A stretch of DNA of 64,000 bases from a candidate division WOR-3 bacterium (GTDB lineage Bacteria > Hydrothermota > Hydrothermia > Hydrothermales > JAJRUZ01), in the NCBI GenBank assembly GCA_039803925.1, contig JBDRZL010000001.1, positions 172,800 through 236,799 on the forward strand. The letters run 5' to 3'. A program made the translations under genes and the position numbers. This document shows, one piece after another, positions 9,745 to 20,067 of the stretch (position 1 is its first letter; the number at the start of each line of letters is the position of its first letter). A model generated the notes under the pieces. The model searched no databases. It was not told the DNA's origin and saw only the letters and a program-made list of their open reading frames with translations.

Positions 9745-12714
9745 TTAATCTTTTAAAATTTTTTCCGGGTTAAAGAAGGGATTTTCTTCAAATCCAGTCC
9801 GATAAATATCACTTTTTATTCTATTTTTCAAGTCTTCAAATATATATATATAATTTTTAAGAAGAAACTTCACCGCATCGTATCTTTCAATTTTTTTACA
9901 TATCTTTAAAAGTTCTCTTAATATGATAATATGTAAGATAGGTATAGGGTATTTAAAAATTTCTTCAAATAGAAGTTTCAAATCCTCACTTAATCTTGTG
10001 CTTTCCTTAATTTTCTTAATTGCTTTAATGTAAAACTTCTGGTAAAAGGGGAAATTTGGATTTTCTTCTATTTCTCCTATATCTATTTTTTTAAAAAACT
10101 CTTCATTTGTATTAAGAAAAATCGTAAAAAATATATAAGGATCCCTTAGGAATGAAAGATTTAAATCTAAAGTAGTTGCTTCGTTTCCTTCAAGAAGAGA
10201 TTTAATATTCTTAAAATAAAAAATATATGGAAGGTTTTCAAATTTTTGAGAAAAAGATAGTCCTATTTTAAAAGCAGAATTGAATAAATTCTCATTTTTC
10301 AAAAATATACCCAGGAAAGCTTTTATTTTAAGAACATCAATTAAATTTTCAAAGTTCATTTCCATATAAGAAGATTTTTCTGCATCAAGAATAGTGTTTA
10401 AGGAATCTTCAAGATTTCCTGTCCAGAATAAAAGGTCAGAAAGTTTCAATTTAAATTCAGAAAGAAAAACTCCCTTCTTTTTAAGTTCATTACTTGCTCT
10501 TCTCATAAAAATAAGCGAATCAAAGAATAGACCTTCTTTCTGGTAAAGAAAAGACCATGTTATATTAACTTTAGCTGAGGTAATTTCATCTTTAATTTTT
10601 ATATCCCTCAAAAATTTTTTTGCAGATTCAAGACTTCCCCTTTCAATATAAGACTTTGAGAGATAAAGATTAATTTCATTCCATTTTTCATCTTTTTCCT
10701 CTGTCAGAAGTAGTGCTTTGTGAAAATGTTGAATAGATTTTTCAAAATCTTTGGCAAGAAAAGAATATACTCCTTTCAGGAAAAAGTAATCACCCATATC
10801 AAGGGGTTTTACTTTATAGTTTTTTATAACTTCATCATCTATTTTTTCAAAAATAAAATTCGGTATAAAACCCGTCCCTTCTCTTAAAAGTTTTTTTAAA
10901 CTCTTTATACCGTATTTCCATGCTTTATCATATTCTCTCGCCTTTAAAGAGTTTATAAAAACAAAATAAGGGTTCTCTTCAGCCCAGGGACTATCTAAAA
11001 CAGCATCAACAATTTCTTTATGAATCCTTTCTTTAATTAAATCGGGTAATGATTCATAGATTACTTCTCTAACAAGTGGATTAACAAATAAAATTCTATT
11101 GTTTTCAATTCTTAAAATATCATTTAAAATAAGTTTGTCTAAATTTTTTTCTATTTTGTGAGAGAAGTATTCTGAAAGAGGAGAATCAAGGTCAAGTTCA
11201 GTAACAGCACTTAATATTTCCAATAAATCTCTCTCTCCTTCAGTAAGTTCCTGAATCGGTGATAGAACAATACTTATTAAAGAAAGTGGAAGTTCAGGTT
11301 TTTCTTTGATATCTTTTTTCCTTACTTTTAAACTTTTTAAATACTGAGTTATAAATAGAGGGATACCCCCGGTTTTTGGGTGAATTTCAAGAATTATCTC
11401 TGGACTTACATCAGGGAAGTATTTTAATATTAATTCTTTTGTTTCATCATAATCAAAAGCTCTCAAATTGATTCTATAAACATTTTTAGGATCTAAAGAT
11501 ATTGGTAAGACTCTCCCTGTTAAAATAATCAGGGTTTTTTCAATTTTTGATTTTAAAAAGTTTATAAATTCAATTGTAAAAGGGTCAGTTCTATCTATAT
11601 CATCAAAAAATATAATAAGGTTACCTTTTTTATTGCATATAACTCTTAAAAGATCAAATAAAAGATATTTAAGTTTTTCTCTATTAGGTTTTTCTTCTAT
11701 TCTCTCAAAAAAATAAGAAAAGCTTTTTAAAAAAGTTTCAAGATATCTTTTTATAAATTTAAATTCCTCTTTATTTAAGGAATTCTCAATAAATAACCTG
11801 AAAGGGTAGAGCGGTTCGTTAGAATATATATCACTTCCTTTAAGTTTTATAATAAAACCTTTATCTTTTAATTTTTTTAAATAATTTTCTGTAAGAAATG
11901 TTTTTCCAATCCCTGCTTCACCTGTTATTATTACACTTTTAGTTTCTCCCTTTTCCCATTCACCTATAATTGCTTCTAATCTTCCCTTAACATCACTTCT
12001 TTCTATATAGGGAACTTGGAATTCCTCATAAATAATTTCCTTCCTTTCAGAAATCAAAGTATAAACATCAATTCTATCAAATTTTCCTTTTAACTTGATT
12101 TTTCCCATATGTTCAAATTCATAAAAATTCATAGCAGTTTCGTATATATCAACACAAACATATTTTCTGTTATTAAAGAGAGTAGAAAGTCTTGCAGAGG
12201 TATTCACACAATCACCAAGAGCTGTTATAGACATGCTATTTCCTGATTCAATTTCTCCAAAGAATGCCCATCCAGAACATATTCCTATACCATATTCACA
12301 TAAATCTGAAAAATTTTTTTTAATTAACTCTTCAACTTTAAAAGAAAAATCAATAACTTTAAAAATAAGGTCTCTTTCAAATTCATTATAACCAAATATA
12401 AAAAGTCCGCCTTCAAAATGATTGAATTTCTCAAAAAAACCATCATAATTAACACATAATTCATCAATTTTTTTTAAAAAATAGTGGAACTTAGAAATTA
12501 AAAGAGCATTTATTTTTGTTTTCCATTTTAGACTCAGAAAGAAAGAAATAACATATTTTTTTCTAAGATAAATTGCAATTTTTTCTTTATCAGGAACAAT
12601 AACTTTTACATCTTTTAGTTTTAAACCACAATATGTACAAAAGTTATAGATATCTCTAACATAAGATTTACATCTCTTACATTGAATTCTATTTTCAGTT
12701 TCTATCACTTTCAA
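9745..12714 (-). CDS. zinc-ribbon / class III nucleotidyl cyclase-homology domain / STAND (AAA_16) ATPase / TPR-repeat protein
   Basis: An N-terminal CxxC...CxxC ribbon precedes a CHD with GIGICSGWAFFGEIESG and ITALGDCVNTSARL (Asn/Arg motif retained, metal-binding Asp positions replaced). Walker A IITGEAGIGKTFL follows. The C-terminal ~450 aa are TPR-like. Its start overlaps the stop of the upstream HEAT-repeat gene. Confidence 0.65.
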   Translation of the reverse strand: MKVIETENRIQCKRCKSYVRDIYNFCTYCGLKLKDVKVIVPDKEKIAIYLRKKYVISFFLSLKWKTKINALLISKFHYFLKKIDELCVNYDGFFEKFNHFEGGLFIFGYNEFERDLIFKVIDFSFKVEELIKKNFSDLCEYGIGICSGWAFFGEIESGNSMSITALGDCVNTSARLSTLFNNRKYVCVDIYETAMNFYEFEHMGKIKLKGKFDRIDVYTLISERKEIIYEEFQVPYIERSDVKGRLEAIIGEWEKGETKSVIITGEAGIGKTFLTENYLKKLKDKGFIIKLKGSDIYSNEPLYPFRLFIENSLNKEEFKFIKRYLETFLKSFSYFFERIEEKPNREKLKYLLFDLLRVICNKKGNLIIFFDDIDRTDPFTIEFINFLKSKIEKTLIILTGRVLPISLDPKNVYRINLRAFDYDETKELILKYFPDVSPEIILEIHPKTGGIPLFITQYLKSLKVRKKDIKEKPELPLSLISIVLSPIQELTEGERDLLEILSAVTELDLDSPLSEYFSHKIEKNLDKLILNDILRIENNRILFVNPLVREVIYESLPDLIKERIHKEIVDAVLDSPWAEENPYFVFINSLKAREYDKAWKYGIKSLKKLLREGTGFIPNFIFEKIDDEVIKNYKVKPLDMGDYFFLKGVYSFLAKDFEKSIQHFHKALLLTEEKDEKWNEINLYLSKSYIERGSLESAKKFLRDIKIKDEITSAKVNITWSFLYQKEGLFFDSLIFMRRASNELKKKGVFLSEFKLKLSDLLFWTGNLEDSLNTILDAEKSSYMEMNFENLIDVLKIKAFLGIFLKNENLFNSAFKIGLSFSQKFENLPYIFYFKNIKSLLEGNEATTLDLNLSFLRDPYIFFTIFLNTNEEFFKKIDIGEIEENPNFPFYQKFYIKAIKKIKESTRLSEDLKLLFEEIFKYPIPILHIIILRELLKICKKIERYDAVKFLLKNYIYIFEDLKNRIKSDIYRTGFEENPFFNPEKILKD

Positions 12715-15334
12715 ATCTCCTTAATCCCATAGTTGCTGCCAGTTTTACAGAAGAATCAGAATCCTTAATAAGTTCCTCTAAATAACTTTTGATTTTTTCT
12801 GTTTTATATTTTGATAAAACTCTTACTAATTCTGTTCTTATTCCAGAAGGATATTTAGGTTTCTTTAAAAATGTTTTTTCAAATAAAATCTTTTCTATAA
12901 AAGGGTACACCTTTTCAGGTGAATGTTTCATTACAAAATTAAAAGCAGGAATTACAAGTTCGTTAAAATCTTCTTTTTCAATTGTTTCTTTAATAAACTT
13001 AGAGATTACATCCACACTTTTTTCAGTCCCTATTTTTAAAAGTGTTCTTATACATTCTATCTTGACTTCCTTTCCAGGATATTCAATGTAAACCTCAATA
13101 ATATCATCTTCAACTTTTGGATTATTAATTTTTGATAAAGCTCTGAGTACCTCTAATCTTACTATATCCTGACCGGTTTTTAAAAATTTTACTAAAAGAG
13201 GTAAACCTTCTTCATCTTTACTTTCCCCAAGTATAAACACTATATCTCTTTGTGTTTTCCAGTTTTCTTCTTCAAGAGCTTCATAAAATTCCTTCCTATA
13301 ATCTGGTGGAAAAGCTGCAAGAATTTTAGCTATTCTTCTTCTGATAGCAATATTTTCAATTTCTGGAAATATCTCTTTAAGCGCATTAAATCCTTCCTTA
13401 CCTGAAGAAAGAAGTGCCTCTTTCACTTCTATTTCTGTATCTTCATCCCATAGAGCTGTTAGAAGCATCCTTAAGGCAAATTGAGTACCTACTTTTCCAA
13501 GTGCTCTTATTGCCATTTTTTTCTTTGATTCTGAATCAAGTAAATCTCTAAAAGTTTTCTGTATATCTTCAACAATAAAATCTTTCCCCTTTATCTTTGC
13601 AATTTCTACAATTTTTTCAAGACCATCAATATATGAAAAGATAACAGCTGGATGTTCCTCTTCTTGTATTTTTGATTTTATAAGATTTATTAATTTTTCA
13701 AGTGGTCCAAGTTTATCTGACTTTATAAAGGACACTGCTAAAGCAGCAATAGCACTAACAGCTGAACTTCTTTCATTTTCGTCTCCTTTGTTCAGTTTTT
13801 CTAAGAGTGGTTCAAGGACAAGATCCATTTCAGAGGCACCAATTCCCTCTTCAAGTTCCTTTTCCATAAATTTCAATTTCTTTTCACCTGTTATAACAAG
13901 TCTTTTTTCTCTTGTAACTCTTTCAAGCATTTCCAACTCTTTATCCTGATAGGAAATCTCACTCTTAGTGTATACTTTCCTTTTTTCAAGAATATCCTTA
14001 ATTGTATCAGGTACAGTTGTATCTCCTTCTTTTATACCAGATAAAAGAGAAATAAGTTCTTCATCCTTCATTTCCTCAAGAACTTTCCTTATTGATTGGG
14101 CAATTTCCCTGTGTTTTTCTGATTCTTGAAGGAACCTTCTTTTTAAAGAGGGAGATAAAATTTTAAGGATTTGTGAAACAATAAGTGAAAGGCCTGAAAA
14201 TCCTTCTTCTCCATATTTTTCAAGTAAATAATAGGCAACTATTTTTAAAGCAGAAACAATACTTAAAATTTTGGAACTATCGAAATCCTCTTTAAGATCA
14301 ATTCCAACCATTTTTAAAAAGATATCCCTTATTTCCTTTTCTTTTTCTTCATCCTTTAATTCCTCAATTTTATTAAAAATTTTATCAATTTTTTCTTCAA
14401 TTTCAGAACCAGCCCGAACTTCTTCATAAATATTAGGTGAAACAATTCCTTCATAATCTTTTTCTTCTTTAAAAGCACTTACACCTTCTGTTTCAAAGGG
14501 AATTAAAAAACTCGGAATTTTATTCAAAATTTCTTTCCTTTTATCTTCAGGGACAAATGATAAAATATCACTTCTTTTTTCCCTTGGTATTTCAGAAAGA
14601 ATAAGTAAAAAATCACTTTCATCCATAGAAACCATTATCTCTCTGATTTTATTTTTGATTTCTTCATCTTTCAAAAATTCAGACAGGAGATTTTCGCCTC
14701 CTTCCATCATTATTGAAGAAAAGATTTTTGATAACTGAAGAGGATTAATTTTTTTAGCATTTTTGAAAAGATTTTTAGTCTTAGTAAGCATATCTTCTCC
14801 TGGTATTGATTTTATAAGATTTAAAGGATTATCAGTGTTTTCTATTTCTTTCAAAACTGACTCAAGGTCAAACTTTATTTCTTTATCAGTGGTAGATGAG
14901 CTCAAGGTAAACTTCACTTCATTGAATCTGATTTTTTCTATATTTTTTTGAAGCAGAAATTCTGTTGGATCCTGTGTTTCTAAAAATTTTTTTGCCGGAA
15001 GAGTAAAAACCTCAAAAAATCCTTTTATATCTTCTTGGGTAACATCTCTGTCAATTGATACACTCTCAATTTTATATCTTGATAGCTGTTTTGATAAAGA
15101 TAGAATTGCAGGAATTTTACTTATATCCATTCTTGTTTCCTCAAATAGAATTATATTTTCAAAGAAATAAATTGATAATGTTTTGTATTTAGTTGGAAAT
15201 TTTTTTATAACCTCTAAAAACTGTTCTGCTAATCTCGTAAAAGCAGGGTGTCCGGGTGGATACATTTTTGAATAATTTAAACCAACCCCCATTTGTTTTA
15301 AAAGTTCTACTAATAAATTTTCAATTTGCTCCAT
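12695..15334 (-). CDS. HEAT/PBS-lyase-like repeat protein, hypothetical
   Basis: At 879 aa it is alpha-helical and the C-terminal half has repeated HEAT-like units (e.g. NNPKVEDDIIEVYIEYPG..., SSVKLAATMGLRRF). It is translationally coupled to both flanking cyclase-domain genes. Confidence 0.5.
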   Translation of the reverse strand: MEQIENLLVELLKQMGVGLNYSKMYPPGHPAFTRLAEQFLEVIKKFPTKYKTLSIYFFENIILFEETRMDISKIPAILSLSKQLSRYKIESVSIDRDVTQEDIKGFFEVFTLPAKKFLETQDPTEFLLQKNIEKIRFNEVKFTLSSSTTDKEIKFDLESVLKEIENTDNPLNLIKSIPGEDMLTKTKNLFKNAKKINPLQLSKIFSSIMMEGGENLLSEFLKDEEIKNKIREIMVSMDESDFLLILSEIPREKRSDILSFVPEDKRKEILNKIPSFLIPFETEGVSAFKEEKDYEGIVSPNIYEEVRAGSEIEEKIDKIFNKIEELKDEEKEKEIRDIFLKMVGIDLKEDFDSSKILSIVSALKIVAYYLLEKYGEEGFSGLSLIVSQILKILSPSLKRRFLQESEKHREIAQSIRKVLEEMKDEELISLLSGIKEGDTTVPDTIKDILEKRKVYTKSEISYQDKELEMLERVTREKRLVITGEKKLKFMEKELEEGIGASEMDLVLEPLLEKLNKGDENERSSAVSAIAALAVSFIKSDKLGPLEKLINLIKSKIQEEEHPAVIFSYIDGLEKIVEIAKIKGKDFIVEDIQKTFRDLLDSESKKKMAIRALGKVGTQFALRMLLTALWDEDTEIEVKEALLSSGKEGFNALKEIFPEIENIAIRRRIAKILAAFPPDYRKEFYEALEEENWKTQRDIVFILGESKDEEGLPLLVKFLKTGQDIVRLEVLRALSKINNPKVEDDIIEVYIEYPGKEVKIECIRTLLKIGTEKSVDVISKFIKETIEKEDFNELVIPAFNFVMKHSPEKVYPFIEKILFEKTFLKKPKYPSGIRTELVRVLSKYKTEKIKSYLEELIKDSDSSVKLAATMGLRRFESDRN

Positions 15335-15941
15335 GTAAGACTACCTCCCTTAAAATGTAAAAATTAAAATTATCAAAGCTTCTTTTTTCAAGCATATCTC
15401 CTTCAAAAATTTTCTCTGGTTCTCCTATTAAACCGATTTCTCCTTCTTTTACAATTGTTTTTAAATCATTAATTTTATTAATAAAATCAGAAATAAGTAT
15501 TAAATATGCCTTTTCTCCTGTTTTAACCGGAAAAACTATTGTGTTACCATATCCACCAAACATATGCATTCTGAAATTTACTTTCAAAAGTTTTGAGTTA
15601 AAAAAATCCTTTATATCTTTTAAAAAGCTAAAAAATTCAGCTTTTTCAAATTTTTTTACAAGTCCCCATAAAATTTCAATCTCGTCACCTATATATTGGT
15701 TAACATATCCTCCATTTTTTTCTGCTATATTTCTTAAATTGGAAAATAAAAGAGAAAGATTTATTTTTAAGTCAAAAAGTTCTATTTTTTCTGTTAGATG
15801 AGTAAATCCTATTATATCCATTCTAAAAACCAGAAGTTCCTTTTCCGTAAAATCTTTACTAATGAAAAAACCACAATTCTGGCAGAAAAAACCTTTTCTA
15901 TCAATTTCCGAACCGCATCTTAAGCATACCTCATAATACAT
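15321..15941 (-). CDS. zinc-ribbon plus small class III nucleotidyl cyclase-homology domain protein
   Basis: A CLRCGSEIDRKGFFCQNCG ribbon is followed by LLVFRMDIIGFTHL and GGYVNQYIGDEIEILWG. These match the CHD metal-binding Asp motifs, while the distal Asn/Arg motif is degenerate (ISDFINKINDL). It is the first gene of a three-gene minus-strand operon. Confidence 0.55.
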   Translation of the reverse strand: MYYEVCLRCGSEIDRKGFFCQNCGFFISKDFTEKELLVFRMDIIGFTHLTEKIELFDLKINLSLLFSNLRNIAEKNGGYVNQYIGDEIEILWGLVKKFEKAEFFSFLKDIKDFFNSKLLKVNFRMHMFGGYGNTIVFPVKTGEKAYLILISDFINKINDLKTIVKEGEIGLIGEPEKIFEGDMLEKRSFDNFNFYILREVVLHGAN

Positions 15942-16084
15942 TAATTAAAATTTTAAAGTTTTTTATAAAAAAAATCAACTATAAAATTTTTATCTTCTTC
16001 TAATTTATCTTCTTCTAAAAAAGGGCTCAAAAACAAAATAAAAAATTATAAAAATAAAAAATACAACATAAAAAATTTTTATCA

Positions 16085-17968
16085 TTATTTTTTCCTTTTT
16101 GTTATAATTACAAAAACACCACCTATGAATAATAAAAATGTTCCAAACCAAACGAGCTGTATAAGAGGATTATAAAAAACTTGAATATAGACAGTTTTAT
16201 CTTCTTCCCATCCCTGAATAACTGCATAAATATCTCCATTTAAAAGGGGCAATACATCCATTTCAGCTGATGGTTGTTCCCAGTTATGATAAAACCTTAA
16301 AGCAGGTGAAAGTTTTCCTTTTATTCTTCCTGAGTTTTTAACTAAAAAATCTCCTCTAACTTCATCATAATTCTGTCCTGAAGCCATGGATAATTCAATA
16401 TACTCAATTTCAAAATTTTTAAAATTAACACTTTCTCCTTTTTTAACTACAAATTCTTTTTCTTCTTTAAATCCATAAGAAGAAATAATACCAATTGCTG
16501 AAAGAACAATACCAAAATGAATAAGAAAAGAACCAGTTTTCCTTACAAAATATTCATTTAATTTTAATTCTCCAATTTTAATATCATGTATATAACGATA
16601 AATATTTGAAACAAAGGCAAAGGCTGAAACTCCGTATCCAAGAAAGGCTCCTGGATGTTTTGATATTTTTATAAACACAAAAAATGAAACTAAAAGGAAA
16701 GCTAAAAAGGAAATTAAAAAGAAAAATTTTGAAGAATTTTTGTATGTAAAGGGATAAATAGCTAAAAGTATAAGAATTATAATGAAAAATGGACCTGTAG
16801 CCCTTACAAAAAATAGAGGAGTAACTTCAATCTTTTGACCGAGAATTAAGCCTGTAATAATTGGGTAAAAGGTTCCAATAAGGGTTACTATGGTTATAGC
16901 AATAAGGGAAAAAAGTAAAATTAAAATCAAACCTTCGAGCCCAAAAATGCTGAATTTTTCTCCTTCATCTTTTAATTTTCCTCTATATTTAAATAAAGCA
17001 AAAAATAGAAAGAATAAATTCAAAAGAACAAAAGAACCAAAATATGGTCCAAGTTCACTTTCTGCAAAAGCATGAACTGATGAAAGAGCCCCACTTCTTG
17101 TAATATAGGTTCCTGTAACAACAAGTATAAAGGTAATTATTATTAAAGAAAGGTTCCATAATTTTAACATTTTTTTTGTTTCCTGAATAAAAAGGGTATG
17201 GACAAAGGCAGTTGCAGTTAACCATGGAAGAAAAGAAGCGTTTTCAACCGGATCCCACGCCCAGTATCCACCCCATCCAAGCTCAACATATGCCCATCTT
17301 CCTCCAAGAACAATACCTATGGATAAAAATAGCCAAGATATAAGGGTCCATTTTCTTATTTCCAAAGAAAAGTCTTTTCTTTCACCTTTGAGAAAAACTG
17401 CTATTGCATAACTTAAAGGAATGGTAAAACCAACAAATCCAAAATATATGGCAACAGGATGAATAAGCATCCATATATTCTGGAGCAGAGGATTTAAACC
17501 TCTTCCATCTGGAGGAGTAAAAGGAAGTGTCCTAAATGGATTTGTTAAAAAGAAAGTTATAAATGTGAAAAAGAGAATAACAATTGAAATAACAGTGTAA
17601 GAAATTAATCTATGTAAGTTTTCTGATTTTGCTGAAAAGATATAAATCAAAAAATAAATTGAAAGTATTAAAATCCAGAAAAGCATTGAACCATCCATTC
17701 CAGCCCAGAAAGCAGAAAATTTGTAGATAAAGGGAAGAGTTTTTGAGGTGTAGTTTGCAACATATGTTACCCTGAAATCTGAAGTTAAAAGAAGATACCA
17801 TAGACAAAGGGAAGATAAAATTATAAAGGAAGAACCTAAAAAAATAGCCCTTTTACCGGATTCAAAAAAAAGTAAATCCTTTCTTTTAAATCCAATAATA
17901 AATAAAATAGCTGCTAAAAGAAAGGATAAAAAAGATCCAAATAAAGAAGAATATCCAAGTTCAATCAT
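16085..17968 (-). CDS. ccmF: cytochrome c-type biogenesis protein CcmF (system I heme lyase family)
   Basis: It is a 627-aa polytopic membrane protein. It carries the Trp-rich WWD motif WGGYWAWDPVENASFLPWL. Confidence 0.75.
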   Translation of the reverse strand: MIELGYSSLFGSFLSFLLAAILFIIGFKRKDLLFFESGKRAIFLGSSFIILSSLCLWYLLLTSDFRVTYVANYTSKTLPFIYKFSAFWAGMDGSMLFWILILSIYFLIYIFSAKSENLHRLISYTVISIVILFFTFITFFLTNPFRTLPFTPPDGRGLNPLLQNIWMLIHPVAIYFGFVGFTIPLSYAIAVFLKGERKDFSLEIRKWTLISWLFLSIGIVLGGRWAYVELGWGGYWAWDPVENASFLPWLTATAFVHTLFIQETKKMLKLWNLSLIIITFILVVTGTYITRSGALSSVHAFAESELGPYFGSFVLLNLFFLFFALFKYRGKLKDEGEKFSIFGLEGLILILLFSLIAITIVTLIGTFYPIITGLILGQKIEVTPLFFVRATGPFFIIILILLAIYPFTYKNSSKFFFLISFLAFLLVSFFVFIKISKHPGAFLGYGVSAFAFVSNIYRYIHDIKIGELKLNEYFVRKTGSFLIHFGIVLSAIGIISSYGFKEEKEFVVKKGESVNFKNFEIEYIELSMASGQNYDEVRGDFLVKNSGRIKGKLSPALRFYHNWEQPSAEMDVLPLLNGDIYAVIQGWEEDKTVYIQVFYNPLIQLVWFGTFLLFIGGVFVIITKRKK

Positions 17969-18009
17969 AGAAAATTATAATATATTTTAAATTAAAATTC
18001 AATTTAAAA

Positions 18010-18975
18010 TTAGAAATTTTCATTTATATAAGTTTCAGCCATCATTGCTGCAATTGCTCCATCTGAAGCTGCTGTAATTGCTTGTCTCAGAGTCGTATTC
18101 CTTACATCTCCAGCTGCATAAATTCCTGGAATAGAAGTTTCCATTTTCTCATTTGTAATCACAGCTTTTCTTTCATCAAGAGGTGTTAAGCCTTCAAGAA
18201 TTTCAGAATTTGGCATAAGTCCAATGAATATAAAAACAGCAGAAACAGGCATTTCCCATACTTCTTCGGTTATTACATTCTTTAAAACAATACCTTCAAC
18301 TTTTTTTTCACCTTTTATTTCTTCAACAACAGTATTAAGAATGAACTCAATTTTAGGATTATTTTTAGCCCTTTCAATATAAATCTTCTGGGCTCTGAAT
18401 TTATCTCTTCTATGAACAATATAAACTTTTTTTGCAAATCTTGTTAAATAGATACCTTCTGTTACAGCAGAATCTCCTCCCCCAACCACAACAATCTCCT
18501 TATCTTTAAAAAATGGACCATCACATACAGCACAATTTGAAACACCTCTTCCCATAAGTTCTAATTCACCTTTTATACCAAGTCTTTTATGATGTGCTCC
18601 TGTTGCAACGATTATGGCTTTTGTTATCCATTCGCCTCTATCAGTGATGACTTTTTTATAACCTTTATCAAGTAATTCAATTTTATTAGCCTTTTCCATA
18701 AGTATTTTTGCTCCGAAATTTTCAGCATGTTTTCTCATTAAATTTATAAGTTCGCTTGCTTTAATTCCATCTGGAAAACCTGGATAATCTTCTATCCATT
18801 CAGTAAGGGAAAGCTGCCCTCCGATTGTTTCCTTTTCAAGAATTATTGTTTTTAAATTTGCTCTTGCTGCATATAAGCCAGCTGAAAGCCCTGCAGGACC
18901 TGCTCCGAGAATAATTATATCAGCCCTTCTATCTTTTATTTGCTCAGAAACTCCACCAAATTTTATTTCAAGCAT
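18010..18975 (-). CDS. trxB: thioredoxin-disulfide reductase
   Basis: The FAD site is IIILGAGPAGLSAGLYA. The redox-active motif is CAVCDG, and an NADPH GGGDSA motif is present. The length (321 aa) fits. Confidence 0.85.
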   Translation of the reverse strand: MLEIKFGGVSEQIKDRRADIIILGAGPAGLSAGLYAARANLKTIILEKETIGGQLSLTEWIEDYPGFPDGIKASELINLMRKHAENFGAKILMEKANKIELLDKGYKKVITDRGEWITKAIIVATGAHHKRLGIKGELELMGRGVSNCAVCDGPFFKDKEIVVVGGGDSAVTEGIYLTRFAKKVYIVHRRDKFRAQKIYIERAKNNPKIEFILNTVVEEIKGEKKVEGIVLKNVITEEVWEMPVSAVFIFIGLMPNSEILEGLTPLDERKAVITNEKMETSIPGIYAAGDVRNTTLRQAITAASDGAIAAMMAETYINENF

Positions 18976-18977
18976 TT

Positions 18978-19973
18978 TTACCCTCCTTTTGTTTGAAAAG
19001 GATATTTTGTATAAACATCGTAAAATTCTAAAATATTTTTTTTATTTTTATGAAGGTAATAACTTCTTATACCAACCATAACAGCATTATCTCCGCAGTA
19101 TTCTAATGGAGGAAATAAAACCTTATCAAAGTTTTCATAAAATATTTCTCTTAGTCTATCATTTGCTGCTACACCCCCTACAACTGAAATTGTTAAATTT
19201 TTTAAATTAAGAACATGTATAGCTTCTTTAACTTTTTCCAGTATATGTTGAAAAACAGTTTCCTGGAAAGAGGCTGCAATATTGGATTTTAAATTTTCAA
19301 ATTCCTCTGGATTTATCTTCTCAATATACCTTATTAATGCAGTTTTTAAACCACTGAAGCTGAAAGTAAAGGGTTTAGTTTGTGGAAGGGGAAATTTGAT
19401 AAAATTTTTATCACCTTTTTTAGCAAGTTCAGAAAGCCTCTTTGCTCCTGGATATTTAAAACCAAAAAGTCTTGCAGCCTTATCAAGACATTCACCTCCT
19501 GCATCATCAAGTGTTCCACCAAGATATTTTATTTCATTTATGTCTTGAAGTAGAAACAGCTCTGTATGCCCTCCTGAAACAAGAAGGGAAAGTAAAGGAA
19601 ATTCTGGTTCTCTATCTATAAAAACAGAAAAAAGATGTGCTTCAAGGTGATCTATTCCGTAAAAGGGAACTTGTAAAGAAGAAGCGAGTGATTTACCAAA
19701 GATATAACCTACAAGGAGAGAGCCTATAAGACCTGGTCCCTGGGTTGCTGCAACTAAATTTATATCTTTTGTATCAATCTTAGCAATTTCAAGGGCAAGT
19801 TTAAGTGATGGGACAATTATTTCCATGTGGGTTCGTGAGGAAAATTCAGGCATTACACCCCCAAACTCAATTCCTGAAATATGAGAGGATAAAATGTGGG
19901 ATTTTACTTTTTTATTTTGTAAAATAGCAACCGAAGTTTCATCACAGGAGGTTTCAAAGGAAAGAATAAACAT
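18978..19973 (-). CDS. tsaD: tRNA N6-adenosine threonylcarbamoyltransferase TsaD
   Basis: The N-terminus is FILSFETSCDETSVAIL. His motifs GIDHLEAH are present. The length is 331 aa. Confidence 0.85.
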   Translation of the reverse strand: MFILSFETSCDETSVAILQNKKVKSHILSSHISGIEFGGVMPEFSSRTHMEIIVPSLKLALEIAKIDTKDINLVAATQGPGLIGSLLVGYIFGKSLASSLQVPFYGIDHLEAHLFSVFIDREPEFPLLSLLVSGGHTELFLLQDINEIKYLGGTLDDAGGECLDKAARLFGFKYPGAKRLSELAKKGDKNFIKFPLPQTKPFTFSFSGLKTALIRYIEKINPEEFENLKSNIAASFQETVFQHILEKVKEAIHVLNLKNLTISVVGGVAANDRLREIFYENFDKVLFPPLEYCGDNAVMVGIRSYYLHKNKKNILEFYDVYTKYPFQTKGG

Positions 19974-20067
19974 TTTTATATATAAAAGTAAAAATTTTAA
20001 AAATCAATATTTAAAATTCCACTGAATTTGAAAATCAATATTTTTTGGCTTATAATTTTTAAAATGC

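Noticed and set aside
9745-15941. Interpreting the cyclase-STAND-TPR operon as an antiphage defence system (Avs-like or Pycsar-like).
   Set aside because: There is no cNMP-binding effector, nuclease or TIR domain. There are no flanking mobile or defence-island genes, and the locus sits among core genes (ccmF, trxB, OmpA-family). I kept it as one possible reading inside the finding, not as a call.
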